This document shows, piece by piece, positions 27,016 to 35,777 of a stretch of DNA of 64,000 nucleotides. The notes under the pieces were generated by a model, which made no database searches, was not told the origin of the DNA, and worked only from the letters and a program-made list of their open reading frames with translations. Source of the DNA: an uncultured Phycisphaeraceae bacterium (GTDB lineage Bacteria; Planctomycetota; B15-G4; JADJEK01); contig CAZYQW010000086.1 in the NCBI GenBank assembly GCA_964649825.1, forward strand, positions 21,027-85,026, written 5' to 3'. How positions within the stretch are numbered: the stretch's first letter is position 1; every line of letters starts with the position of its first letter. A program made the translations under genes and the position numbers.

Positions 27016-28835
27016 TCCTCGCCGCTCTCCTCACCAGCCAGGTTTTCGTCGCCCCGCTCGCCGCCGCGGAGCATCCGTGCGCGGAGTGCCACGCGGCGAT
27101 CGTGCAGACCTACGCGAACCACGGAATGGCGCGGGCGCTGTACGAGCTCGACGCGGGGACGGTCGACGCCGTCGCGGGTTCGGCGCGGCTCGATCCGAAG
27201 GGCGGCTACACGTACCGCGTCGAGCGGAGCGAATCGGGCGCGCGGCTGGTCGAGGAGAAGGCCGGGCCGGCCGGGTTCGACGACCACCGTTCGTCGCAGC
27301 GGATCCGCGCCGTCATCGGCCGCGGCCACTTCGACCGCTCGCTCGTCACCGAACACGAGGGGCGGCTCTTCTTCGCTCCGGTGGAATGGTCGACGACCGC
27401 CGGCCTCGTGCTCGCGCCCCATCAAGAGCTGACGCCGCACACGCGCCTCGGGCAGCCGGTCACCGGCGAGTGCCTCGCCTGCCACTCCGACTTCGAGCCG
27501 CCGTCGACCTACCCGTTGAATCTCGCGCCGGCCGCCCCGCTCGCCGGGATCGACTGCGCGGGCTGCCACGGCGACCCGTCGCGCCATCTCGAGGAGGCGG
27601 GCGAGCGCGGCACGATCACCCCCCTCGGCGCCCTTCCGCCGGAACGACAGCTCGACGTCTGCGCCAGGTGCCACCTGCAGGGCGACGCGCGCATCGATCT
27701 GCGCGGTCCCGGAGCCGAACGGTTCGCGCCCGGCGACGACTTGTTCGCGACGCGCGCTGCGTTCGTCCCACGGCGGCCCGGCGACGAGTTCGGGTTCGTG
27801 AGCGCCGTGGAACGGCTCGCGCTCTCGGCCTGCTTCACCGCGTCCGACGGTCGGCTCGCGTGCACCGTCTGCCACGACCCCCACGAGTCGGCGATCGGCA
27901 CCGCGGCGAAGATCGATCGAAGCTGCCTGGGCTGCCACGCCCCCGCCGACTGCGGACGCGAGCTCCGAGACGAGCGGGCCGATCGGAACGGCTGCGTCGA
28001 GTGCCACATGCGGAAGGCGGGTCCGTTCGACCTCCGACACGTCACGATCACCGATCACTTCATTCGGAAGCGTTTCGCCGCGCCGTCGTGGCCCGATGAG
28101 ATCCGCGTGCACGCTGCGGAGGACGGCGACCTCGTCCGGTTCCGCTGGCCCGGCGCGTCGAGCGATCCCCTCGAGGACGACGGCGCGCTGGCCATGGCGC
28201 TGATGCATCTGGGTCACGCCGGGCGAGCCATCGAGACGTTCGAGCGAGTCATCGACGCCGGCGTTCCCGATTCGCTGTCACGCTTGCCGCGCTTCCACTT
28301 CATGCTCGGCCGCGCCCTCGAGGCCGCGGGACGGCCCGCCGACGCGGAACGCGCGTACGAGACGACGCTGGGCCTCGCGCCTGGCGACCCCGAAGCATCC
28401 GTCAACCTCGGCCTCCTCCTCGCGTTGAAGGGGGACGAGCGGGCGCGCGCGGTGCTCGACGCAGTCACGACGTCGCATCCGCGGGCCGCCGCGCCGTGGC
28501 GCAACCTCGCGGTGCTCGCCTCGCGCCGGCGCGACGCGGATGAGTTCGAGCGGTCGATCACCGAGGCGCTGCGGCGAGACTCCGACCTTCCGTCGGTCTG
28601 GCTCCAGCTCGGCGGATTCCAGATCGACCGCCGCGACTACGCGGCGGCCGCGCACGCGCTGGAGGAAGCGCGGCGGCGCGATCCGGACCTCGCCGGGCTC
28701 TACTCACGCCTCGGCGTCGCCCGGTTCGAGACCGGCGACCGCCGCGGCGCGCGCCGCGCCTTCGAGGAGGCGCTGCGGCGCGATCCGGACGATCGGCTCG
28801 CGCGCGCGGGGCTCGCGCGGTCGGGCGGAGGATAG
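27012..28835 (+). CDS. Heptaheme c-type cytochrome fused to C-terminal TPR repeats.
   Basis: The ATG at 27012 overlaps the hydrolase stop. There are seven CxxCH motifs (CAECH, CLACH, CAGCH, CARCH, CTVCH, CLGCH, CVECH) and a signal peptide MILAALLTSQVFVAPLAAA. The C-terminal third is TPR-like. Confidence 0.75.
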   Translation: MILAALLTSQVFVAPLAAAEHPCAECHAAIVQTYANHGMARALYELDAGTVDAVAGSARLDPKGGYTYRVERSESGARLVEEKAGPAGFDDHRSSQRIRAVIGRGHFDRSLVTEHEGRLFFAPVEWSTTAGLVLAPHQELTPHTRLGQPVTGECLACHSDFEPPSTYPLNLAPAAPLAGIDCAGCHGDPSRHLEEAGERGTITPLGALPPERQLDVCARCHLQGDARIDLRGPGAERFAPGDDLFATRAAFVPRRPGDEFGFVSAVERLALSACFTASDGRLACTVCHDPHESAIGTAAKIDRSCLGCHAPADCGRELRDERADRNGCVECHMRKAGPFDLRHVTITDHFIRKRFAAPSWPDEIRVHAAEDGDLVRFRWPGASSDPLEDDGALAMALMHLGHAGRAIETFERVIDAGVPDSLSRLPRFHFMLGRALEAAGRPADAERAYETTLGLAPGDPEASVNLGLLLALKGDERARAVLDAVTTSHPRAAAPWRNLAVLASRRRDADEFERSITEALRRDSDLPSVWLQLGGFQIDRRDYAAAAHALEEARRRDPDLAGLYSRLGVARFETGDRRGARRAFEEALRRDPDDRLARAGLARSGGG

Positions 28836-28885
28836 AGGCGCGGGCCGAGAGATGGGTCGGCCGATCCGGTTCGTTCCTCCGACCG

Positions 28886-31834
28886 TCAGCGGCGCGAGGC
28901 CTCGATCGACTCGAGCCGAGCGCGGAGCGCCGCGACCGACGCGTGGCCGGAGCCGAGCTCCGCGGCCCAGCGCTCGATGACCCCACGAAGCAGGTCGATC
29001 GCGTCGGCGTGTCGTTCGAGCTCGACGAGGGTCTCGGTGGCGCGGGCGATCGCGAACGCGGCCCGCCCGTCGTCCGCGCCGAAGGCGGATTCCAGTCGCC
29101 GCGCCGCTTCGCTCCACCGACGGACGGCTTCGTCGTGGTCGCCCTCTCGAACGAGGAGCTCGGCGATGGTCAGTTGGAGGATCGTGACCTGCGGATGATC
29201 GTCACTCAGCCGCGACCGTATCGCCTCGAACCCGTCCCGCAGATACTCCGCCGCCTCGGCCACCCTCCCGCGATACAGGATCACCCGCCCCAACGCGAAC
29301 CGCGCGACGGCGGTCGTCAGGTGGCCGTCGCCCAAGGTCTCGCGCGAGAGATCGACCACGTCGCGGTAGATGCGCTCTCCTTCTGCGAGCCGGCCGCCGA
29401 ACGAGATCGCGTCGCCGAGCTCCGACATGTGTCCGACGAGGGCCGGGTGACGGTCGCCGAGCTGCGCCGCGAGACGCGTGATCCCGTCCCGCAGGGTCGA
29501 CTCGGCCTGGTCGAAGCGCCCCGCGGCGAGATCGATCGCGCCGCGCATGAGGAGCCCCTCGACGACCTCCGCGTTGTCGGCGCCAAACGCCGCGGTCGCG
29601 GCCGCGAGAAACGCGTCGCAGCACGCCGCGGCTTCATCGAAGCGGCCCATGTCGCGGAGCAGCGCAGCCAACGTCTGGCGCGCGTCGAGCGCCAGCGGAT
29701 GTGTCTCGCCGTGCGCGGCGACGAGGGCGTCGGCCGCCAAGCGCAGCTCGATCAGGGCCGCGTCGTAGCGGCCCGCCTCTCGCAACGCCCGCGCGAGGGC
29801 GGCGCGCGCGGCGGCGACGTCGGGATGATGGGCGTCGAACCGGGCCGACACGACCGCGAGGTTCGACTCGAGCATCAAAACCGCCTCGTGCGGCCGCCCC
29901 TCCTTCAGACGGAGATTCGCGACGGACGACGCGACGGCCCGCGTGTGATAGTGCTCCGCACCGAGCCGGTTCACGAGCGTCGCATAGCAAGCACCGAGGA
30001 GAGCGTCCGCCTCCTCGATCCGTCCCTGCGCGACGAACGCGTCGCCCAGGAGCTTGTCGATCCACGAAGCCAATTCGGTCCCCGCCGCCGCCGGCCCGAT
30101 CGCCAGCAGCCGTCGCTCCGCCGCCCCCGCGTCCGAGCGCAGGAGGTCGAGGTGCGCCAGGTCGAACGCCACGTGCACGAACTCGTCCGGATCCGGCGCG
30201 CCGGCCGCGGCGTAGCCGGCCTCCGCACGGAGGAGCAGCGGTTCCGCTGCGTCGAGCCGCCCATCGCTCAACAAGGCCGCCCCGAGCCGCCGGCGGCACT
30301 CGTGCGTACGCGGATCGTCGTCGCCGTACGCGCCGATCGCAAGCTCGAGGGCCCGTCGCAGCTCGGGCTCCGCACGGTCGAACGCCCCGAGCGCGACGTA
30401 CGCGGCGCCGGCCGTTCCGTGCACGCGGATCGCCGCGGCCGGGGCGCCGGCGAACGCGGTCGGGATCATCGGCACCGCCCGGTTCAAGACGTCCTCGACG
30501 CGCGCGTCCCGCCCGAGGTCGTCGCCGTCGACCGAGAGGATCATGTCGTGGAGAAAGCGGCTCACGTCATCCGCCTCGCGCCGGGCCCGCTCGGCGAGGG
30601 CGGCCTGGCGACCCGCCTCGCGCGCGTGAGAAACGGCGAGGAAGAGCCCCACCAGCAGCGCGAGCAGCGTCGTGGCGGCTCCGACGACGAGCGCCCGATG
30701 CAGGGCGACGAACCGCGCCGCTCGTCGTTGCCACTCGAGCGGCCGGGCGGCGATCGGGTCGCCGGCCACGATGGCGCGCAGGTCGCGAGCGAGCTCGACG
30801 GCCGACGGATAGCGATCGTTCGGGTCCTTGCGCAGCGCCTTCTCGACCACCGTCTCGAGGTCGCCGGAGAACGCTCGGTCGACGTCGCCGAGGCGCGGCG
30901 CGTCCTCGTGCACGATCCGATGCAGCGCGTCGGAGAACCGTTCGGGATCGAGGGACAGCGGCGGCCGACCCGCGAGCAGCTCGAACAGCAGCACGCCGAG
31001 CGCGAACACGTCGCTTCGTGCGTCGACGTCGCCGGCGCGACCCGACGCCTGCTCGGGGCTCAGGTACGCGAGCGTGCCGAGGATCTGACCGGCCGACGTG
31101 AGCGTCGCGGTTCGCTCGGGTCGGAGGATCCTCGCCACGCCGAAATCGACGATACGTGGGTCTCCGCGCCGGTCGACGAGCACGTTCGATGGCTTCAGGT
31201 CGCGATGGACGACGCGCTGGACGTGGGCGTGGGCGACGCCCTCGGCCACCCGCCGCATCAAATCGAGGCGCGCCCGCACCTCGAGTCGGTTCTCCGCCAC
31301 GTGACGATCGAGCGGGAGACCGTCGACCTTCTCGAGCACGAGGAACGGGTGGAGGATCTCCCCGATCGGGGCGAACCCCGCGTGATGGATGCGCGCCACG
31401 AACGGATGATCGAGCCGCGCGAGCGCGTCCGCCTCGCGGCGAAATCGCTCGAGCACCGACGGGTCCATCGCCGGCGCGCGGAGGAGCTTCAGCGCCACCC
31501 GCCGCCGGGGCGTCTCCGACTCGACTTCGAAGACGGTGCTCGCGGCGCCATGCCCGAGGATCGAGACGACGCGGTAGCCCGCGATCGCCTCGGGCAATGC
31601 GTCGAGGGCAAAGTCCCCCGAGCCCTCGAGCACGCCGGTCCAGGCGCCCGCCGGCACCAACGTCGCGTCGAGCGGGCTCGCGACCCCATCTTCGGCCAGC
31701 AGCTTCCGCACCTCGTCGGCGAGCGCGGAATCGTCCTCCCGCAAGGCGGCGAACAGCCGCTCGCGCTCCGACGCCGGGAGCGCTGCCGCTCGGTCGAACA
31801 AGGCCCGGAGGCGGCGGGGTCGATCCAGCGTCAC
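28886..31834 (-). CDS. Ser/Thr protein kinase (Hanks type) with one TM helix and an extracytoplasmic TPR region.
   Basis: The proposed GTG start at 31834 overlaps the ECF sigma stop by 4 nt. The kinase motifs read VALKLL, VVHRDLKPSNVLV, DFGVAR and GTLAYLSPE. A TM segment (LVVGAATTLLALLVGLFLAV) is followed by about 550 aa of TPR-like repeats. Confidence 0.8.
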   Translation of the reverse strand: MTLDRPRRLRALFDRAAALPASERERLFAALREDDSALADEVRKLLAEDGVASPLDATLVPAGAWTGVLEGSGDFALDALPEAIAGYRVVSILGHGAASTVFEVESETPRRRVALKLLRAPAMDPSVLERFRREADALARLDHPFVARIHHAGFAPIGEILHPFLVLEKVDGLPLDRHVAENRLEVRARLDLMRRVAEGVAHAHVQRVVHRDLKPSNVLVDRRGDPRIVDFGVARILRPERTATLTSAGQILGTLAYLSPEQASGRAGDVDARSDVFALGVLLFELLAGRPPLSLDPERFSDALHRIVHEDAPRLGDVDRAFSGDLETVVEKALRKDPNDRYPSAVELARDLRAIVAGDPIAARPLEWQRRAARFVALHRALVVGAATTLLALLVGLFLAVSHAREAGRQAALAERARREADDVSRFLHDMILSVDGDDLGRDARVEDVLNRAVPMIPTAFAGAPAAAIRVHGTAGAAYVALGAFDRAEPELRRALELAIGAYGDDDPRTHECRRRLGAALLSDGRLDAAEPLLLRAEAGYAAAGAPDPDEFVHVAFDLAHLDLLRSDAGAAERRLLAIGPAAAGTELASWIDKLLGDAFVAQGRIEEADALLGACYATLVNRLGAEHYHTRAVASSVANLRLKEGRPHEAVLMLESNLAVVSARFDAHHPDVAAARAALARALREAGRYDAALIELRLAADALVAAHGETHPLALDARQTLAALLRDMGRFDEAAACCDAFLAAATAAFGADNAEVVEGLLMRGAIDLAAGRFDQAESTLRDGITRLAAQLGDRHPALVGHMSELGDAISFGGRLAEGERIYRDVVDLSRETLGDGHLTTAVARFALGRVILYRGRVAEAAEYLRDGFEAIRSRLSDDHPQVTILQLTIAELLVREGDHDEAVRRWSEAARRLESAFGADDGRAAFAIARATETLVELERHADAIDLLRGVIERWAAELGSGHASVAALRARLESIEASRR

Positions 31835-32367
31835 CGCACGCCCTCGGCGCCGAGCTCGCGTCCGAGCCACGCCCGCGCAAAGCGCCAGTCGAGATCGACG
31901 GTGCGCGGCGAGACGCGAAGGACGGCCGCCGTCTCGTCGACCGAGAGCCCACCGAACCATTTCAGCTCCACGACTCGGGCCGCGCGCTCGTGCTCGCGAC
32001 CCAGCCGGTCCAGCGCCTCGTCGAGGGCGAGGAGGTCGGCAGTCGACGTCTCGCGCGCGCCGTCCGCCGCCACGAACTCGAGGCGAACGCGATCACCGCC
32101 TCGCTTGGCCGCACCGCGCCGCCTTGCATGGTCCACGAGAACCTCGCGCAGCGTGCGCGCGGCCAGAGCCAGGAAGTCGCCCCGCGCGACCCAAGCCGCT
32201 TCATTGCGCCCGAGCAGCTTCAGGAACGCCTCGTGCACGAGCGCGGTCGACTGTAGGGTATGTCCGGGCCGCTCGCGCGCGAGCGCCCGACTCGCGAGAC
32301 CACGCAAGCACTCGTAGACGATCGGCGTCCACCACCGGGCGTCGGAGCGAGTCGAATCGTGAGACAT
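31831..32367 (-). CDS. ECF sigma factor of the Ser/Thr-kinase-associated type (Sigma70_ECF/PF07638-like).
   Basis: The 178-aa ORF reads LVHEAFLKLL (region 2) and has a C-terminal region-4 helix-turn-helix (LSVDETAAVLRVSPRTVDLDWRFARAWL). It is translationally coupled to the kinase gene. Confidence 0.7.
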   Translation of the reverse strand: MSHDSTRSDARWWTPIVYECLRGLASRALARERPGHTLQSTALVHEAFLKLLGRNEAAWVARGDFLALAARTLREVLVDHARRRGAAKRGGDRVRLEFVAADGARETSTADLLALDEALDRLGREHERAARVVELKWFGGLSVDETAAVLRVSPRTVDLDWRFARAWLGRELGAEGVR

Positions 32368-32545
32368 CGCCGCTCAGACTATCACGAGCGGTTCCTTTTC
32401 CGGCCTCCGCTCGTCGGGCGCCGCGAATTGGGCGTGACCCGCGAAGGAACCCGGGATTCCATTGCGTCGCCCCCCTGGTTTCATCGCTTCGAGCGACCAT
32501 CCGTCGCGTCGTCCTTACTGAATCGCTCGCCTAAAGGAGGCACCT

Positions 32546-34192
32546 GTGCATACACATCCATCCCTGGTCGCCGGATCGCTCTCGCTCGTCATCGCCGCGG
32601 TGGCCGCCGCCGGCGAATCGTTGCATTCGTACACCGGCATCTCGCCCGACTTCGGGGCGGTGACGGCGGGGATCGGCGACTTCGACGGCGACGGCCGGTC
32701 CGACTGGGCGATCACGTCGTATCACTCGGTCATCGTCTACTCGGGCGCGACCGCGGCGGGGCTGGCGGTCCTCACCGGCCTCCCGGGCGAGGGATTCGGA
32801 GCGGACATCGACGGGATCGGCGACGTGAATCTCGACGGGTTCGCGGATCTGGTCGTTGGTGCGCCGAACCACCTCGTCGACTTCGTGGAGGGGGGCGCCG
32901 CCTACGTCATCGCGGGGGGCACGGGTGCGACGCTTCGCGTGCACCTCGCCACGGAGGCCGACGAGTTCTACGGCCGGCGCGTGGCCGGCGCTGGCGACGT
33001 CGACGCCGACGGCTACGTCGATTACCTGATCGGGGCTCCCTACGCCGACGCGACCGTGGCGGGCTCCAACGAGGGGCGCGCCGAGCTTCGCTCGGGCAAG
33101 GACGGGACGAGCCTGAAGGTGTTCACCGGGACGCTCGGGGGGGTCTACGTCGGCTCCGACGTGACCGGCGTCGGCGACGTCGATCAGGACGGGCACGGCG
33201 ACTTCGCGATCTCCGCCAGCCGCGAGATCGACGCGTTCGGCCAGCGAGTCGGCGCAGTGCGGGTCTACTCCGGGGCGACCGGGACCGCGACCTGGACGCA
33301 GTACGGAACCGTCGTGAACGGAGCGTTCGGGACGGTCATCGATGGAGTCGGCGACGCGAACGGCGACGGCGTCCCCGACATCGTGGTGGGCGCTCCGTAC
33401 GCGAACGGATACCGGGGCTTCGCGCGCGTCCTCTCGGCCGGCAACGGCGCCATCCTCCACCACGTCGACGGAGACGGACCGAACGACCTGTTCGGCATCC
33501 GCGTGGCCGGCGCCGGCGACACGACCGGCGACGGCCGAGCGGAGTTCCTCGTCGCGGCCTCGGCGTTCCCGCTGCTGCCGCCGGTGGAGCCCGCCTACGC
33601 GCGCCTCTACTCCGGTGCGACCGGCCAGGTCGTGCGCCAGTTCGACGCGATGGACGACAACGAGCTGATCGGCGCCGGCGCGGATGGCGTGGGCGACGTC
33701 GACGGGGACGGACTCGCCGACGTGATCATCGGGCGGCCGCGCGTGCCGTTCTCCGGCGGCGACCCCGGCGCGGCGGACGTCCATCGGGGATGCCCGTCCG
33801 CCGTCGTCGCGTTCGGCGCGGGCTGCGCAGGGAGCGGCGGGTTCGTGCCGAAGCTCGCCCTCGACCATTGCATGTTCCCCGGCGGAACGACGACGTTGAC
33901 GATCGCGGACGGGCTCGGCGGATCGACCGCGCTCGTCTTCATCGGAGCGGGACAGTCCTCGGTGCCGCTCGGCGGGGGCTGCTCGTTCCTCGTGAGCGTG
34001 TTCCTCCCCGCGCCGGTCGCGCTCCTGCTGTCGCCGGGTGGCCCCGGCGCCGGCGGCGTCGCGGTTCCGATCTCGCTGCCGTCGCAGATCCTATCGTCGT
34101 GGCAGGCGTCGCTGCAGGCGTTCGTCATCGACGCGGCGTCGCCGATCGGCGTCGCGGCGACGAGCGGGCTCGCGGTCGCGTACGACGGGTAG
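32546..34192 (+). CDS. Secreted FG-GAP/VCBS beta-propeller repeat protein with a ~130-aa C-terminal module shared with the protein at 59074-60864.
   Basis: A GTG start is preceded by AAGGAGG. The signal peptide is followed by at least 7 repeats of DxDGDGxxDxxxGAP. The C-terminus reads GAGCAGSGGFVPKLALDHC... Confidence 0.7.
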   Translation: MHTHPSLVAGSLSLVIAAVAAAGESLHSYTGISPDFGAVTAGIGDFDGDGRSDWAITSYHSVIVYSGATAAGLAVLTGLPGEGFGADIDGIGDVNLDGFADLVVGAPNHLVDFVEGGAAYVIAGGTGATLRVHLATEADEFYGRRVAGAGDVDADGYVDYLIGAPYADATVAGSNEGRAELRSGKDGTSLKVFTGTLGGVYVGSDVTGVGDVDQDGHGDFAISASREIDAFGQRVGAVRVYSGATGTATWTQYGTVVNGAFGTVIDGVGDANGDGVPDIVVGAPYANGYRGFARVLSAGNGAILHHVDGDGPNDLFGIRVAGAGDTTGDGRAEFLVAASAFPLLPPVEPAYARLYSGATGQVVRQFDAMDDNELIGAGADGVGDVDGDGLADVIIGRPRVPFSGGDPGAADVHRGCPSAVVAFGAGCAGSGGFVPKLALDHCMFPGGTTTLTIADGLGGSTALVFIGAGQSSVPLGGGCSFLVSVFLPAPVALLLSPGGPGAGGVAVPISLPSQILSSWQASLQAFVIDAASPIGVAATSGLAVAYDG

Positions 34193-34274
34193 GGCCGACG
34201 CGCGGGCCGAGAGCTCGCGCGCGCCGCGACGACGGCGTAGACTCCGCTCGTGACCTGAACGCGCGGAGCACGTC

Positions 34275-35531
34275 GTGACGAACCCCTCGGTCGACGCCGA
34301 TCGCCTCTATCAGTCGCTGGACGAACTCGGCCGGATCGGCGCGTTCGAGGACGAGACGACCGGCCTCGTCGGCGTGCGACGCCTCGCGCTGACCGACGCG
34401 GACGCGGACGGGCGCAACCGGGTCGTCGCCTGGATGCGGGACGCGGGGCTCTCGGTCTCGATCGACGCGATCGGCAACGTCTTCGCCGAGCGACCGGGCG
34501 CGGACCGGTCGCTGGCGCCGGTCATGGTCGGCTCGCACATCGACTCCGTCCCGACGGCGGGACGATTCGACGGGACGCTCGGGGTCCTCTCCGGTCTGGA
34601 GATCGCCCGGCGCCTGAACGAGCTCGACCGCTCGACGCTCCGGCCGCTCGTCATCGCGTTCTTCACCGACGAGGAGGGCTGCCGTTTCGGCACCGACATG
34701 CTCGGCAGCGCGGTCGCGACCGGTCGGATGCGGCTCGAGGACGCGTACGCGCTGACCGACCGCGAGGGCCGCTCCGTCGGCGAAGAGCTCGAGCGGATCG
34801 GCTTCCTTGGCGCGGAGCCGGTCGGGCAGCGACGGCCGCACGCGTACGTCGAGTGTCACATCGAGCAGGGGCCGATGCTCGTGAACGAGCGCGTCGACGT
34901 CGGCGTGGTGACCGGGGTGCAGGCGATCTCCTGGATCGAGGCGTCGTTCATCGGACGCTCGGCGCACGCGGGCACCACGCCGACGTCGTACCGCCGCGAC
35001 GCGGGGCTGGCCGCGGCGCGCGTCAACGTTCGTCTGCGCGAGATGGTCGACTCGGGCGACTACGGCGAGCTCCGCGCCACGATGGGCGTGCACCGGCCGC
35101 ACCCCGGCGTGGTGAACGTGATCCCGGGCCGGTTCCTCGCCACCATCGACCTCCGCAATCCCGACGACGCGATGATGGAGCGCGCCGAACGGGACGTGAT
35201 CGCCTACCTGGAGGAGCGCGAGCGCGACGATCGCGTCGAGGTCCGCTTCCGCCGGACCGCGAAGACCGGGATGGTGCCGTTCGACCCGCGCATGCAGGCG
35301 TTGATCGACGAGGTCGCGGGCGCCCGCGGACTCTCCCGCCGCCCGATCCTTTCCGGCGCAGGGCACGACGCCCAGGAGTGGGCCCCCATCTGCCCGACCG
35401 CCATGGTCTTCGTCCCTGGCGAGCACGACGGCATCAGCCACAATCCACGCGAGCTCTCGACGAAGGAGCAATGCGAGCACGGCGCCAACGTGCTGCTCGA
35501 CGCCGTGCTCACGCTCCTCGACGAGGAGTGA
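34275..35531 (+). CDS. M20-family amidohydrolase (allantoate amidohydrolase/N-carbamoyl-amino-acid hydrolase type).
   Basis: The ORF starts with GTG. The metal-ligand motifs read GSHIDSVPTAGRFDG and FFTDEEG. Confidence 0.75.
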   Translation: MTNPSVDADRLYQSLDELGRIGAFEDETTGLVGVRRLALTDADADGRNRVVAWMRDAGLSVSIDAIGNVFAERPGADRSLAPVMVGSHIDSVPTAGRFDGTLGVLSGLEIARRLNELDRSTLRPLVIAFFTDEEGCRFGTDMLGSAVATGRMRLEDAYALTDREGRSVGEELERIGFLGAEPVGQRRPHAYVECHIEQGPMLVNERVDVGVVTGVQAISWIEASFIGRSAHAGTTPTSYRRDAGLAAARVNVRLREMVDSGDYGELRATMGVHRPHPGVVNVIPGRFLATIDLRNPDDAMMERAERDVIAYLEERERDDRVEVRFRRTAKTGMVPFDPRMQALIDEVAGARGLSRRPILSGAGHDAQEWAPICPTAMVFVPGEHDGISHNPRELSTKEQCEHGANVLLDAVLTLLDEE

Positions 35532-35777
35532 CGGCGCGCTCGATCCGACCACGATCGTCGGCTTCTCGGTCCGGATCGATCGGAGTCTCCGTTCATCGGT
35601 CGCATTCGAGTCAGGAGATCGACCATGCGACCTGCTCGGCCACGAACCTCGCTCGTGAGTTCCCTCCTCGTCCTCGCCGCGTTCTCGGCGCTGCTCGCCT
35701 CGGAGCTGGCGGGCCAGGTCGCGGCCCCGGGTTCTTCCGAACCAGAGCGTCCGCCGCTGAGCGGCCGTCGCGACACC

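Noticed and set aside
28943-32317. 1124-aa plus-strand ORF.
   Set aside because: Antisense to the well-supported kinase-TPR and ECF sigma genes.
32260-34278. 672-aa plus-strand ORF with long Arg/Gly runs.
   Set aside because: An alternate frame of the FG-GAP gene, with low-complexity translation.
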